From Octopus vulgaris (taxonomy: Eukaryota): a stretch of DNA of 64,000 nucleotides. The notes under the pieces are model-generated. The model was not told where the DNA came from and searched no databases. It saw nothing but the letters and a program-made list of their open reading frames with translations. The stretch is from contig OX597825.1 of the NCBI GenBank assembly GCA_951406725.2, positions 3,162,001-3,226,000 on the forward strand, in the 5' to 3' direction. Within the stretch, counting starts at the first letter, position 1. Every line of letters starts with the position of its first letter. Below, piece after piece: positions 1-12,739 of this stretch. Both the position numbers and the translations under genes were made by a program.

Positions 1-155
1 ATCTATCTATCTATCTATCTATCTATCTATTTATCTATCTATCAATCTATCTATCTATCAATCTATCTATCTATCTATATATCTATCTTTCTATCTATCT
101 TTGTATCTATTTATCTATCTAGCTATCATTCTATTTATCTATCTATGTATCTATA
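1..155. repeat. (ATCT)n microsatellite
   Basis: Imperfect tetranucleotide run. Confidence 0.95.
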
Positions 156-773
156 TAGGTGTGTAAATATATAAAGGGAGTGATCCAGCATGGCCGCGGT
201 CAAATAACTAAAGCAAGTTAAAGAGTAAAAGAGTAAAGAGTATATATATAGAGAGAGAGAGGGAGAGAGAGGGAGAGGGGGGAGAGAGAGAAAGAGAGGG
301 AAACCTGGAAATGTACAACAAGAAAAGACGGTGTTGATCATCACTGTCATCATTACACTGAAGACAATGACGAAGATGATAACGATGATGATGATGGTGA
401 TGGCGGTTGTCATAGTTGTTACATTGACGTTGGCGGTGATAATGAGAAACATTTGATGTGTAAGACAGATAATTGTAAGAATACAAAAACAAGGAAAGTA
501 AGTAGGTAACGGGTAAATATATAAATAAATAAATAACGTAATGACTGCGCGGCGAAACAATGGACAGTAGACATGATTAAAAACCAGGAAACAAACGGGG
601 AAAGAGAGGTTACAATAGATATATGAACTCTCGGGGTAGAAAAGAGAAAATATCTGATATTTCTGTAAGGATAAATATTTCGACAAAGAGATTTTTGTGA
701 AATTGTGTAACCCATAGAGGTATGGCCATAAACAATTATTTGTATACATTGTGCATATATATATATATATATG

Positions 774-818
<45 letters not shown>

Positions 819-878
819 ATATTTATATATTATTTATATTATGTATAAATAAATAAATATATATATATATATATATAT

Positions 879-1167
879 CACCGTGATCACCGTGACCAAC
901 CAGGCTATCAGATGTTGCTAGACATCGCTGGTCACAATGCGCTTCACATTGTTTTAGCCTTCAAAGGACGCCACCCCGCTGGCTAAGCGAGCAGGCCAAC
1001 AGAAGAAAAAGTGAGAGTAAGTCGTGGCGAAAGAGTACAGCAGGGATCGGCACCACCCTCAGCCGGGTGCTTTAGGTGTTTTCGCTCAAGAAACACTCAC
1101 AACGCCCGGACTGGATCGAAACCGCCATTCTACAACCTCGAGTCCGCTATCGTAACCACTGGACCAT
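879..1167 (-). mobile_element. tRNA-derived SINE (family A)
   Basis: Minus-strand head TGGTCCAGTGGTTA (A-box-like) and GGTTTCGATCC (B-box-like). The body is homologous to 14331-14645. Flanked by AT-rich repeats. Confidence 0.75.
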
Positions 1168-1329
1168 ATATATGTACGTATGTACGTATATATCTTTGAT
1201 TACGTTATATTTGACAAATGACAAGCTAGCGATTATCCATCGTTTGCGTAATTACTATATCCGAGGTTCTGTTACGTAAGTAGTGTATATATATATATAA
1301 TATTTATAATCATACTTAACTGTAATTCA

Positions 1330-2135
1330 ATAGAAGGCACACAAGGCGCCTATATCCTAGAAAGAGGAGCTAGATAGTAAAGTAATCCACCGAACTACAC
1401 TGAGATACACATCGGGTCAACAGAAAGTGGGGACTTGAGTAACGATAATAAAAATCACCACATATCAAATCTGTAGAATGAAAAACTTGATATACTTGGA
1501 TCATGATTTCGAGTTCTGGGAAGTGCTTCAACACTCTTCCTTGAAATCTCGGTGAAATAATGAATTATAAATATGAATTTGTTTTTTTTATTCCCTAGCT
1601 ATTTAACGCTATTATTACTTACTACCCCCTACATTCTGGTTGTTATTATTATCAATTATTTAAATTTACCGATAACAATAACAATACCTATATAACAATA
1701 AAAATACATATATAAAAATTCATTTGAATATTTACTCCTTATAAATATTTATATTATAAATTAAAGTCGTAATGAATTTGCGCGGTGCAATTCAGAATGC
1801 TAAAGATTTCAATGAGGTCAGTTCGTCTTTTACACAGTAATGCTTACTGTGGAGAGTTGACGCGATAGGCAGAACTCCAAGTATATCCGCTGGATTGTTA
1901 TTGATCCATTGTATAATTTAGTGTAATAAGTTTGTTTCGTTGAAGATGTTGCTCCTTTTTCTAGCCGGTGTGCCCTCTATTGTAAATATAGTTCATTATA
2001 ATTATAATTATTTATAACTTTTATTACTTACTAGCTCGTATATTTTTGTTGTTATTTATATCAATAATTTCAATTTACCGCTGATAATAATAAAAATGAA
2101 AATATATATATAAATTTCATGTGAATATTTACTTC

Positions 2136-2141
<6 letters not shown>
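1330..2141. mobile_element. Degenerate Penelope-like terminal relic with internal inversion and duplication
   Basis: 1662-1745 resembles 2072-2141. 1345-1370 resembles the reverse complement of ~1950-1978. A hammerhead-like remnant lies at ~1496-1545 on the minus strand. (AT)n flanks. Confidence 0.35.
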
Positions 2142-2185
<44 letters not shown>

Positions 2186-2190
<5 letters not shown>

Positions 2191-2317
2191 CAACATAAGG
2201 GCAAAAGAAAAATTCTAATGCCAAATATGCCGAAAAAAAGACAATAAAAGACAAAATATTGTCTTTTTTTCGGCATATTTGGCATTATAATTTTTCTTTT
2301 GCCCTTATCTTGTAAAT
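2186..2317. repeat. 61-bp-arm inverted repeat (fold-back) abutting (AT)n
   Basis: 2186-2246 pairs with 2257-2317, with 2 mismatches and a 10-nt spacer. Confidence 0.9.
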
Positions 2318-2418
2318 TATTTATAAATTTAACCTTTAAAGGTATTTTTTGATATGCTGGCCATTGATAAAGTAATTTTTCCCGAAAAAAATTTTATCCT
2401 ACATTAAGTTATATATAC

Positions 2419-2449
<31 letters not shown>

Positions 2450-2960
2450 TATAAGTAAGTATATACAAGAGCACAATTGATGCGTACACACATATTTGTG
2501 TGAAATGTGCATAACTGTGCATGGTTTGATTTTTTGTTCCTCATATATTCTAAACAAAATTACTACAACCGAATAGAAGATGAATCCATAAAGATATAAT
2601 AAAACGTCATACTGAACCATCGTCCATTGAAATCTGAAGTCACAAACTGTTCTGCAGTGTCAATTGCATTGTTATTACCGTAACGTCGTGCTATGAAATA
2701 TGAACTCTAAGCGTGCTGAAAAATAATAAAATGTTGTTCGGTGTAGTTCGTAAACAAAAGATCACTAGATACATTTTTAAAATTAAAAATGATAGATAAC
2801 TTCTGTGTGATTATATGTTCAATATCCTGCGGCAATACAAGCAAATATTGGTGATGAATTGTTTACAAATACTAACTGTGATTAGTAACGGATATTGCAC
2901 TCAACAATGTAACATTACAATGTCGATTCTACTGAGCTGTGAAGAATATAATTTTTACAC

Positions 2961-3109
<149 letters not shown>

Positions 3110-4839
3110 CATTACAACTCACCTCTTCACCCTATGCAACTGATTAAAACCGTAATTTTCGTTATAAAGAATTTTGTTATCTAACCATGTAATCGTTATG
3201 GAAAACCATAAGTGAATACGATGGAAAGTACTGAATAGAAGTGAGAATCCTCACTATTTCAACATTACTATGGGGTGCTGTGAGTCAGCTCAAGTAACCA
3301 ATTAATTGGGTATTATTTCTTGAGGTTTGGTGATAACAAATCTCCTCAAATGTGAAGAATCTCTCTTAATATTCTTGCAGAATATAGGATGGTACTTATG
3401 TGCATGTCAATGCTTCAATTCTCAACTCCATTTTCTTCCACCGTTTTAGTTATTATTTCGTGTGCTGTGCCAATTGCACTAATTTACACGGTGAATCCTC
3501 TTCAGATTTTGTAAAATTATCATTTTCTGTCACTGCCTCTATTTTTATTTATATAATATTTCTGTTATTCTGAAGTCATACACTCAGCCAACTGCCCAAT
3601 GCATCCGTTTGCCAATGCATTCATACCTGGTCTTATACTTTTTTTGTACTACAATATGACAATCAATAAATAATGTCGTTGATAGTTTCCCCTCTTTCCC
3701 TGGTTTTTTTTTGCTGTCTGAGTTTTTTCCTCCTTTGCCTTTATAAGATTTCTTCTAAGCGCTTATAGCCGAACTGTTATGATTAGCGTTTCTGTTTCTA
3801 GTGTCACGGTCTCATTCGTTAATGTACCATTTGAGCCTGAGGTCGATTTAATCCACTTACTCACTCCACAGACGCGTCAAAACCCACATCGATGGAGAAA
3901 TATCCACTTTTCAAACGAGCATTTCAATTTTTATTCTGTTTTACTTCTGATTATAATTTGGAAGGTAGGTCAATGCTAACATTGGCTACGAGTATCAGAG
4001 AAATACCTGTAACACTACCTCCGTGACATTCTTCCTGATGTAAGCATTGGGACATGTTTGTCTTTTGCAGCCAGCAAAACAGTTTGTGTTTTAAGCGCTT
4101 TGTATCCTTCCAGATTAAAATACAAAAAGTAGCAACAAAGTTTACGTCTCAATATAGCCAGAAAGTCAATGTTGCTTGACTGTAGATTGAATTCTCTATA
4201 TGATCTAATATTCATGTAAACGAAAATTTGTTACAATACAGTGTACTTTAGTCGCTATTAAACACTGTCTGTTTAGATACGATTATCAGGTGAATATGCT
4301 ATTTCTATTATGTGTCTACCAAACATTGGCAATATTCATATTTATTCATTAATTTGATATTATGGACAAAATTATACCACGATAGTTTGTTCGGAGGCAT
4401 TAATGCAAGATTGTCTTCTAGTTGTTACAGGTCAACTCAATTATCGTAAATGAAATTGGGTAGACAGAAACTGTTGTTTGGAAGCCAGTTGTTTAATGTA
4501 ACAGGTGTCTACAGAAAAATAGCCACGTTCACGGTAACTAAATGAGTGGGTCGATCTGTATATGGAACAAGTTTGCTGTCATGTATCTTGTTGTCTCGAC
4601 GTTTTTGTTAGTTTAAAGAATTCCGTTTTTATATGCTGGGTCCAAAAATGGTCTTTTTACCATCACTTCTACATTTCGAGATACACAATCCCATCTATTT
4701 TCGAAATTTTAATCAGTTTTCAGAAAAATGAATTTTTTATCTGTGAAATTTAGGAAAATATTTGGCGAGCTTGATCACTAAGAAGTATCAACCACGGAAG
4801 AGTTTACCGATGATCATGGATACTTTGGCACTAGCAAGT

Positions 4840-5200
4840 CAGATCCTCATCTGTTTCATCCAAATGAACTCAGTGACTTGGTAGGGGTCTTACATTCATC
4901 AAGAAAATCTACAATAAAATGGAAAAAAGCCTTTTTAAAGTACGAACAAAACTCACATTATTGAATTAAAATAGCTTTGAAAGACTTCGCCTGAGGATTG
5001 GTCTGAGCAGAATTGGTACCTTTGTTTATTGAGAGCAGAAAATGACGTTTGAAATATGTTTTGCTGCCTAATGGTGACAGAAGTGATGAGCAGAGAGAAT
5101 CTTTGCAGCTTGTCATAAAGTCAATGGAGCAAAGGTGTCAAGGCAGATGAAACTTCCGTTGGTGGAGTATCGCTGAAAATTGACTGATGATTTTCCTGAG
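4840..5200 (+). mobile_element. Internally deleted DNA transposase relic, CMC/Chapaev3-like
   Basis: Pieces translate as PHLFHPNELSDLV, LFIESRK*RLKYVLLPNG and SDEQRESLQLVIKSMEQRCQGR*. These match recalled motifs ELNDLVRDL, LFIDSSKRSLKxVLLHNG and SDEQGERFHQDI..ME.RYQGRW. The superfamily label is from memory. Confidence 0.6.
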
Positions 5201-6429
5201 GTAACGCACTGCCGAAGACCATCCAGACTCAAATTTGTCGGAAATCGGACATAAATAATGATGCAAGTTGTCACTCGACATTTACAGATTCTTCCCCGGG
5301 TTTTCAGTAGATTTTAAAGAAAACGCTTCGGTTTTGAAGAAAAACCAATTTTGATGGGTGCTTGTGTTTCATACTTTGTTCCCAATGAGCTGTTTTTTTA
5401 AAAACACAAAGAAATTTGATGGTATTTTGGACTCTTCACATGACGGTAACGGTAATACTTAAATGTAATTTTAAGATTTTGTATCAAAAGGCTAAATTTC
5501 AAGTTCAACATTTTTCAGAATAGAGAATATTTTGGAGGCCTCTGTAGTCAAAATAACCGAACTAAAGACTCACTTATATTTCTTTAAAATTTACATAAAT
5601 TTTATCAGTAATGTTATCAGAAACTCTATTCGTATTAGCAAAATAGTTTTACGTACTATAATATTTTGAATAAATGTTTTTCTAGTCTCCTGTAACTCCG
5701 AAAGAGTGACTAAAATGAATGTTGCATTTTATTTATTTTGCCTGATACCAATGAGCTTCTCAATAGATACCATCTTAAGAGAATTGTGTTGGTTATAGTA
5801 ACAACCTATCTACAACGAACTGTCAAGCAATTTAATCCAGTGTCAAATCTTTGATTACATTGCTGACTTTATAATCAAATATTGAACACTGAACTGTGAA
5901 ATATCTTGATAAGATCTTTAATGCAGACATTCTAACTCGCTTTTTTAAGAGTCGTATGTAATAAATTATCGTATGGCTGAAAATTAAAGCAATGAAATCT
6001 AAATGAAACATTAGCAGCAAATTGAGATCCGACTTCATTGATTCTTTGAAAACTACTTAATCTACTTGTAGGAAGTTTCCAGAATGTCTTCATGTTTGTG
6101 AGAGCAACGTTTGAAGTGATAAAGTTTCGCCTAAATTTCCACTTAAAATATCGACGATATTTTCTTCAGTCTCACTAGCAATTATGACATTTTTAGTAAT
6201 AGCAATAATAAAGTGTACATTAAAGAGCAACAGCAGCGAAAAAGAAAGCAGTAATTCAAAAACAGTGAACACTCAACAGCAACAACTACAACAGCAATAA
6301 TAATAGTATTTACCACAATGAAAAGAAAAAAAAACATCGGGGAGAGTATAGGACAATACAATGTAGGGTTACATAAAAAGGCGAGTAAAATGTAAGACTC
6401 TGTAACAATATAGAATTATAGGAATTATT

Positions 6430-7110
6430 AATTCTCCCAAAACAGGGAATCTTCCTAGGGTTGCTCGTGGAGACCCCACATGTCTAACAGAGCGCTTGTT
6501 TTCAACCCTTTCAATCTGATCCAAATCAACCTCTTTAGCTAAGGCACCAGACAATGAAATACTGCCTGCTCTTTCAGGCGAAAGGAAGTAGGCGAGATGA
6601 CCTTCACAATGGACACAGCCGATGGCCATAACCGCCCCACATTTGACAGCATGTGATCGACAGAAACAAACAAGATAGCAATAGTTGGGCGTTGCTAACT
6701 TGTGCAGATTTGTCGAACAGCTTTTGATGCGTGTAGGACGGATCCGGTTATCAGCTTAGTCACGAGAAAGATTGCCAATTTTTTGGCTGTGAAAAGAAGG
6801 CAGTTTTTCCTAAGTCTACTGGCTCTGCCCAATGAGGTAGTGTGGTGAGCGAGGTTGAAAGCAGTGAAGACTGATACTTTCCCCTTCAGCTCTGCCCTAA
6901 ACGATTGTTTTCTAGTTTCACTTAAAGAGGAAATCAAGGTTGGAGAGGAAGATACTTCGTCCATCAGTTTTGTTGAATGATGGGTTATTATGCTGAAGAT
7001 GACTTGTGTGGATCGGTCAACTCTGAACATTGAGGAACAGAGAAAAAGAGTGGCACTTGCTGCGGTGCCCCTCGCTTTCGGGGTAACAAATCTGTGCGGT
7101 GTTCTTTGGT
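6430..7110 (+). mobile_element. Decayed L1/Tx1-like LINE, ORF2 C-terminus and 3' end
   Basis: GC-richer segment. Frameshifted plus-strand translation gives a Cys/His knuckle-like stretch, then FVEQLLMRVGRIRLS, LLALPNEVVW*ARLK and FHLKRK, resembling Tx1-type C-termini. Confidence 0.55.
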
Positions 7111-7286
7111 TGAGCCAGGATAGAACATCCCACCACATTATTTAGAATATTTTATTGAAGAAATTTTTTGTTAATTCTTTTTGTTTAATTTTTATACACG
7201 AATGCTTGTGCCAAGCCGCGCTTGCCACTTCTGTTGCATTCTCCTTTCTCATTTTGTTTCGGCACTTGTGCCCAGTTGACAGAAAC

Positions 7287-7357
<71 letters not shown>

Positions 7358-7831
7358 GAGTGAGAGAGCAGTGCATGCCATCAAAGTGACACCGAGGTAA
7401 AATATACGAAACCCAAAATACCCATCATGACTACACGTCTGATAAAGGTACACTAGGCACATGCATCACAACAATATGTGCGCGACATAATGATCTCATA
7501 TCAAGATAAACAGCGCATGACCGTGCAGGTTGGGCCCAGTTAGAATATTCTTCTGGTCGATTAACCCATCCCGCTCAAAAGGTCTCTGAATAAGGGTTGT
7601 TTAAGGATGTTGAACGAAACACCCATGTTTCTAGAGATGAATTATTCACACCCTAAAGAATCCCTCTCAACACAAGGCTATGATGCTCTCCCACTACTTC
7701 TGCTCGTGATCAGAGATGCACATATTGGCAGCCACTAAGAGACATGCTCCACTGGTTAAGGTCAAACAACTGACAAGCAAATCTGTACTATTGAGCAGAA
7801 TATTTGCTGTAGCGCATCTTTTATACCAACA

Positions 7832-7833
<2 letters not shown>
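7358..7833 (-). mobile_element. Interspersed repeat (probable LINE 3' UTR or non-autonomous derivative) inserted in (TTA)n
   Basis: About 475 bp of non-coding, GC-richer sequence bounded by long (TTA)n tracts at 7288-7357 and 7834-7894. Strand is inferred from a presumed (AAT)n tail. Confidence 0.5.
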
Positions 7834-7895
<62 letters not shown>

Positions 7896-10800
7896 AGCAT
7901 AGCAATTAGTAATATTAGCATTAATATTTATAGTAATGCTATCAGTAGTTACGGTGGCGATATACGTTTATTTGCCAAATTAACCAATAATCATTATCCT
8001 CTCATTAAATACGTTTTCATCTGAAATTCAGAAATTTAGTAAACAAAAAAGAAAGATGTGAGGAAACAGGAAGGATTCTCGTGATACTTTCGCTGAGACG
8101 CAGCCTGTGAACTAAACAATTCTAAATGTAAGAAGAAAAAATAATGTTCAAACAATTATTTATTGTAATCATTATGTTAGTAATTCTCAACATGAGAATT
8201 CATTTGAATTTCTTCCAAATGGGAATGTCCAACAAATATTGACATCTGGAGGGCAATAAATAAACACAGACCCCGGAGATTTGAACTCTGCCAACATATT
8301 TAAAATAAATCATTAAGCAAATAGTTATGTTCAAATTGAAATTTAACACTATTTCTTCAAAGTAAAATATCTGCTTCAAACAGACTCTATATAATTTGAT
8401 AAACAATTTATATATAACTACCCACATATGAGATATCATATGCACAGATCTAATGTAAGGGTGCAATAAATTAACGCTGAATCGATAACAATTCATGGGA
8501 AATTAAGTGCGCATGGGGATTACTCAGAGGGAAAGGAAATTTGGTTACATCAGTGTAGATTTCATACTAATATATGTCATTATCTGAATATATTAAGAAC
8601 ATTGCATTGAACAACTCGTATCTACCAACATATCTAATATTCTGCTTTCCTTCCAACACCCTCTGAGAGCAGTCGCCATTAATCAGTATATAAAGGAAGA
8701 CCGCAAATTACATACAATATATCTTCACCGTAGCTGTAGATGTTGGAAACAAAGATATGTAGGACACTTTTGGTGGTTTTGTAAAATATAGTTAATACTC
8801 TCTTCTATACATCATTTCATTTAACATGCCTTACATATCTCTTGGTAAGATTCATTCACCTCAAAATCAACAGAATAGGTTAAGGAAATATGCAAATATC
8901 TCTCTGACATTGCAATGAAATATTGTTATAGTTCACTAGTTAGAATACGCTAAATAATGCAGTTACTGTAGTTACTGAAAGTGTAATGACAATTGTTTAT
9001 GGCACTTCAGAGAAAAATATCCTTATCCTATATTGATCATTTGTATATATTGAACACGGATTTATACTTAGAAAACACACTGTAATAAGACAAATGTTTT
9101 TCTGCGTGCCATAAAATAACTAAAACAAAAATAAATAACAAAAGTATACAGCAGCTAGAAGATGTTAAATGGTTAAAATACGGCTTTGCAATCCGATGGT
9201 TCTGAGTTCGCTTTCGCAGTGTCACATCTTGATACAGTGCTATTCTCTACAACATAAATTTAATCGAAATTTGTTAGAAAAAGTTTGTAAAAGTGGGTTG
9301 GAAATGGCACAGTTAGTTTCCATCTCTAATACAAATTCCGAACTATATTCTACCGTATGTTTCACTGGACCTCCGCAGTACGTACGTTAATTGAGCACCT
9401 GTATATTGAACATTCGACAAATATTATCACACATTAAACAAACCTGTATATATCTACTTTACTGATCTAAATCCCTGCCATTCCTCCCTCGACACAATAG
9501 TATAATATACATGTACAAAACACTTCTTTTCTATTCATAACTGGAACTATAACGTACCATGTATTATAATCGAACATTCCCATTTGAAACTGCTAACGAG
9601 CATTAACTGTAACTGTATCATTTATTCGATTATGGCACTACTGAGCGAATAATTATTTTACTTTGATCTTTCCCATATTTTTTACAAACTAGAAGATACT
9701 GTTATCCTGGACTAGGTGTATTAGCTCATGTCTACATTTCTCTCTGATACTGAAATACTCCAGACATGGAATCCTTACTCAATATGATGATGCATATGCT
9801 TGGCTGCTGTGGAAACTGACGTTAAAGACTCTGTAAGTTTATAATTTTTTGTCCGAATCAATTGTTTTTTTATTCCTTTCATTTTTATCGACCGACTCCA
9901 GGTAAATCCACTTCTAACCACTTCTCACAAGCACTCTCAACAATACACTGGAGTTTTGTTATAGTTCAGACAATGTTTTGTTGGTAAAACAAACTGAGCA
10001 ATCGCATTGAGTATATATTTTAGTTTAGGTCAACTGATGAAAAATGCTTTGTGTATTCTCTATTTACACACACACACACACATGCACGCACACACACACA
10101 CTCACACACGCACACACATACACATAAACACACGCACACAAACATATATACATGGGTGTATATGTATGTATGAGTGAATATGTGCAAGCATGAGTATGTA
10201 TGCACACTCACCCCCCACACAAACACACACATGTCTTTTTAATTTGTTTACGTGCAACGTTTTGAATATGCATATAAAACCCCTATTCACTTATGCCGGA
10301 CACATTCTAATGAACCTCACCAGGGAACAAGATTTTGGGGGTTGCATCGTATTATACCCTGATAATGTAGGATAAATATAGTAATAATAACAATAACCCT
10401 TGAATGAATTTATAAAGATTTAAGGCATGGCATTAATTGTTTATGAATTCCATCGTTCTTACAAATGTCATATCTCCTGAACAAATGAACCCACGAAGAT
10501 GATCTACCTGATGCCCTTCGATATTACAGTCCACACAGTAATTTACCCTAAAACAGGGGCTGTTATCTTAACACACGTGTGATTTGCGGAAAGCCGCGTA
10601 GCGATGCATTAAATGTTTATATATTCCATCCAAAGATCATTGTTATTATTACTATATATATAAACTTAGCCATGCGTGCAATGCTGGCATATCGTCCTGT
10701 AGACACTGAAAATGTAACGATGCACGTATACAATACAATAACCCTAATGTTTTTTTTTCAAAACCTTTCACTTTGCATTCATTCTGCTCACAGGTATGAA

Positions 10801-10965
10801 TTGATTATATTATATTCCTTTACACAAACATAAGGATTCGTATTTTAGTTGAAGTGAATGATACCATGATATGCTATTCCTCATTTGTGCCAAGAAATGT
10901 ATCGGATTTCTTATAATGAACCGAAAGAACATATAACAGGGACAAAAACAATTTCAGTAACAAAA

Positions 10966-11023
<58 letters not shown>

Positions 11024-11564
11024 ACACACACACCTGTAAAACCACGGGTTATATACAAATCTCCATCGCTAATGGAATGTTAGGTGATGCCATATTATTT
11101 TAGAATTTTCAATCAGGGAGAAATCTCTCAGAATTAATAATAAAGAGAATTAAAGAGAAAATTATGATGAAATACGTAGTTTTTATCTGGAGATTTTTCC
11201 ATTAAACTCGAAGACATCATATTGAATGATACCAATCAGACATGCATGTTTTAATATCTTGGCAATTACAGATATTGGTGAATGGGAAAATAACATGTGC
11301 ACTAATACATTCCGATAAGAACCATTTATGTTGATAACTGCCCAAGTAATATAATTAAGATAGAAATTAATTAAAAATTAAATTCACTGTAAAGTTAAAA
11401 TAGCCTAAGGTCAAATATTAAATCTGAAGTTTATTAATTAATTCATCAAAATTTAAATTGCAAAACACTCGCATTCACTATCTCCTGATATAGGCCCATC
11501 TAACGCACACATATATAAATGTAAACACATGCATACATGCAATTTATACACACACATGCACGCA

Positions 11565-11601
<37 letters not shown>

Positions 11602-11707
11602 CTGTAATTATTTGCAATTCAATTAAGATACACTGATACACATACAGTCAAACAGACACATAAACATGATACATGTATAGTCATATATATATATATATAT
11701 ATGTGTA

Positions 11708-11749
<42 letters not shown>

Positions 11750-12147
11750 TAACACATATGCATATATACATACATAGGTGGCTCTTTGAATGTGTTATCA
11801 GTTGAGAAAGAAGGAAATATAAATTTTCGAACTGCAACTCAATTCCTTGATGTTAAAGAGAACATTCGGATTAGATTTGTATTATCGTTCAAAACCGATT
11901 GTCCGACTCTCAACATGATCACATGGCAGTTCACGCATAAATACCTAGTCATAGATATTTACATAGACACACATATGTATGTGTATGTGTTTATATATAT
12001 ATGTATATTTGCATGTCAGTGTATGTGTGTGTATGTGCATGAGCTGTGTGTACAAATGTACCAATGCTTTATTTCTTATAAGACAACCGATTGCTATGTA
12101 TTCTTACTTATTCTTGTAATTTGAATCACGTGTAATGTACAGATGAT

Positions 12148-12547
12148 ATTCTTTTCTACTCTATGCTCAAGGCTCGAAATTTGGGGGAAAGGGGGCCAGT
12201 CGATTAGATCGACATCTGTCGTAACTTGTACTTAATTTATTTTATCCCGAAAGGATAAAAGGCAAAATTAACCTCGGCGGAATTTGAACTCAGAACGTAG
12301 CGGCAGACGAAATACCTATTTCTTTACTACCCGCAAGGGGCTAAACACAGAGGGGACAAACAAGGATAGACAAACGGATTAAGTCGATTATATCGACCCC
12401 AGTGCGTAACTGGTACTTATTTAGTCGACCCTGAAAGGATGAAAAGCAAAGTCGACTTCGGCGGATTTTGAACTCAGAACGTAACGGCAGACGAAATACG
12501 GCTACGCATTTCGCCCGGCGTGCTAGCGATTCTGCCAGCTCGCCGCA
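12148..12547 (-). mobile_element. Dimeric tRNA-derived SINE (family B; Meta/Sauria-like central domain)
   Basis: Minus strand has head GGCGAGCTGGCAGAATCGCTAGC and B box GAGTTCAAAATCC, then GTCGACTTTGCTTTTCATCCTTTCAGGGTCGACTAAATAAGTACCAG. A second B box plus domain unit follows with a different tail. Confidence 0.8.
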
Positions 12548-12739
12548 TTCACGTTCGGATGATACTACATGCAGTTGTTTCTTTTTAGTGTGGAACAGGA
12601 AAATGTAGTTTTAAATATGCAGACCCAGTAGAGTGTCACTTAGACTGTGAAGTCCTGTCACATGTTTGAATCGCTTCCATGCAATCAACATTAATGGGCG
12701 TAGAATTACTTTGTAGAATTGTTACATCTTTTCATCACA

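Noticed and set aside
135-749. 204-aa hydrophobic ORF
   Set aside because: It spans a SINE tail, (GA)n and (GAT)n low-complexity sequence; the bias is compositional.
6695-7138. 147-aa minus-strand ORF
   Set aside because: It is the antisense frame of the Tx1-like relic on the plus strand.
12440-12547. tRNA-like A/B boxes as tRNA genes
   Set aside because: No cloverleaf; they are SINE heads repeated at several loci.
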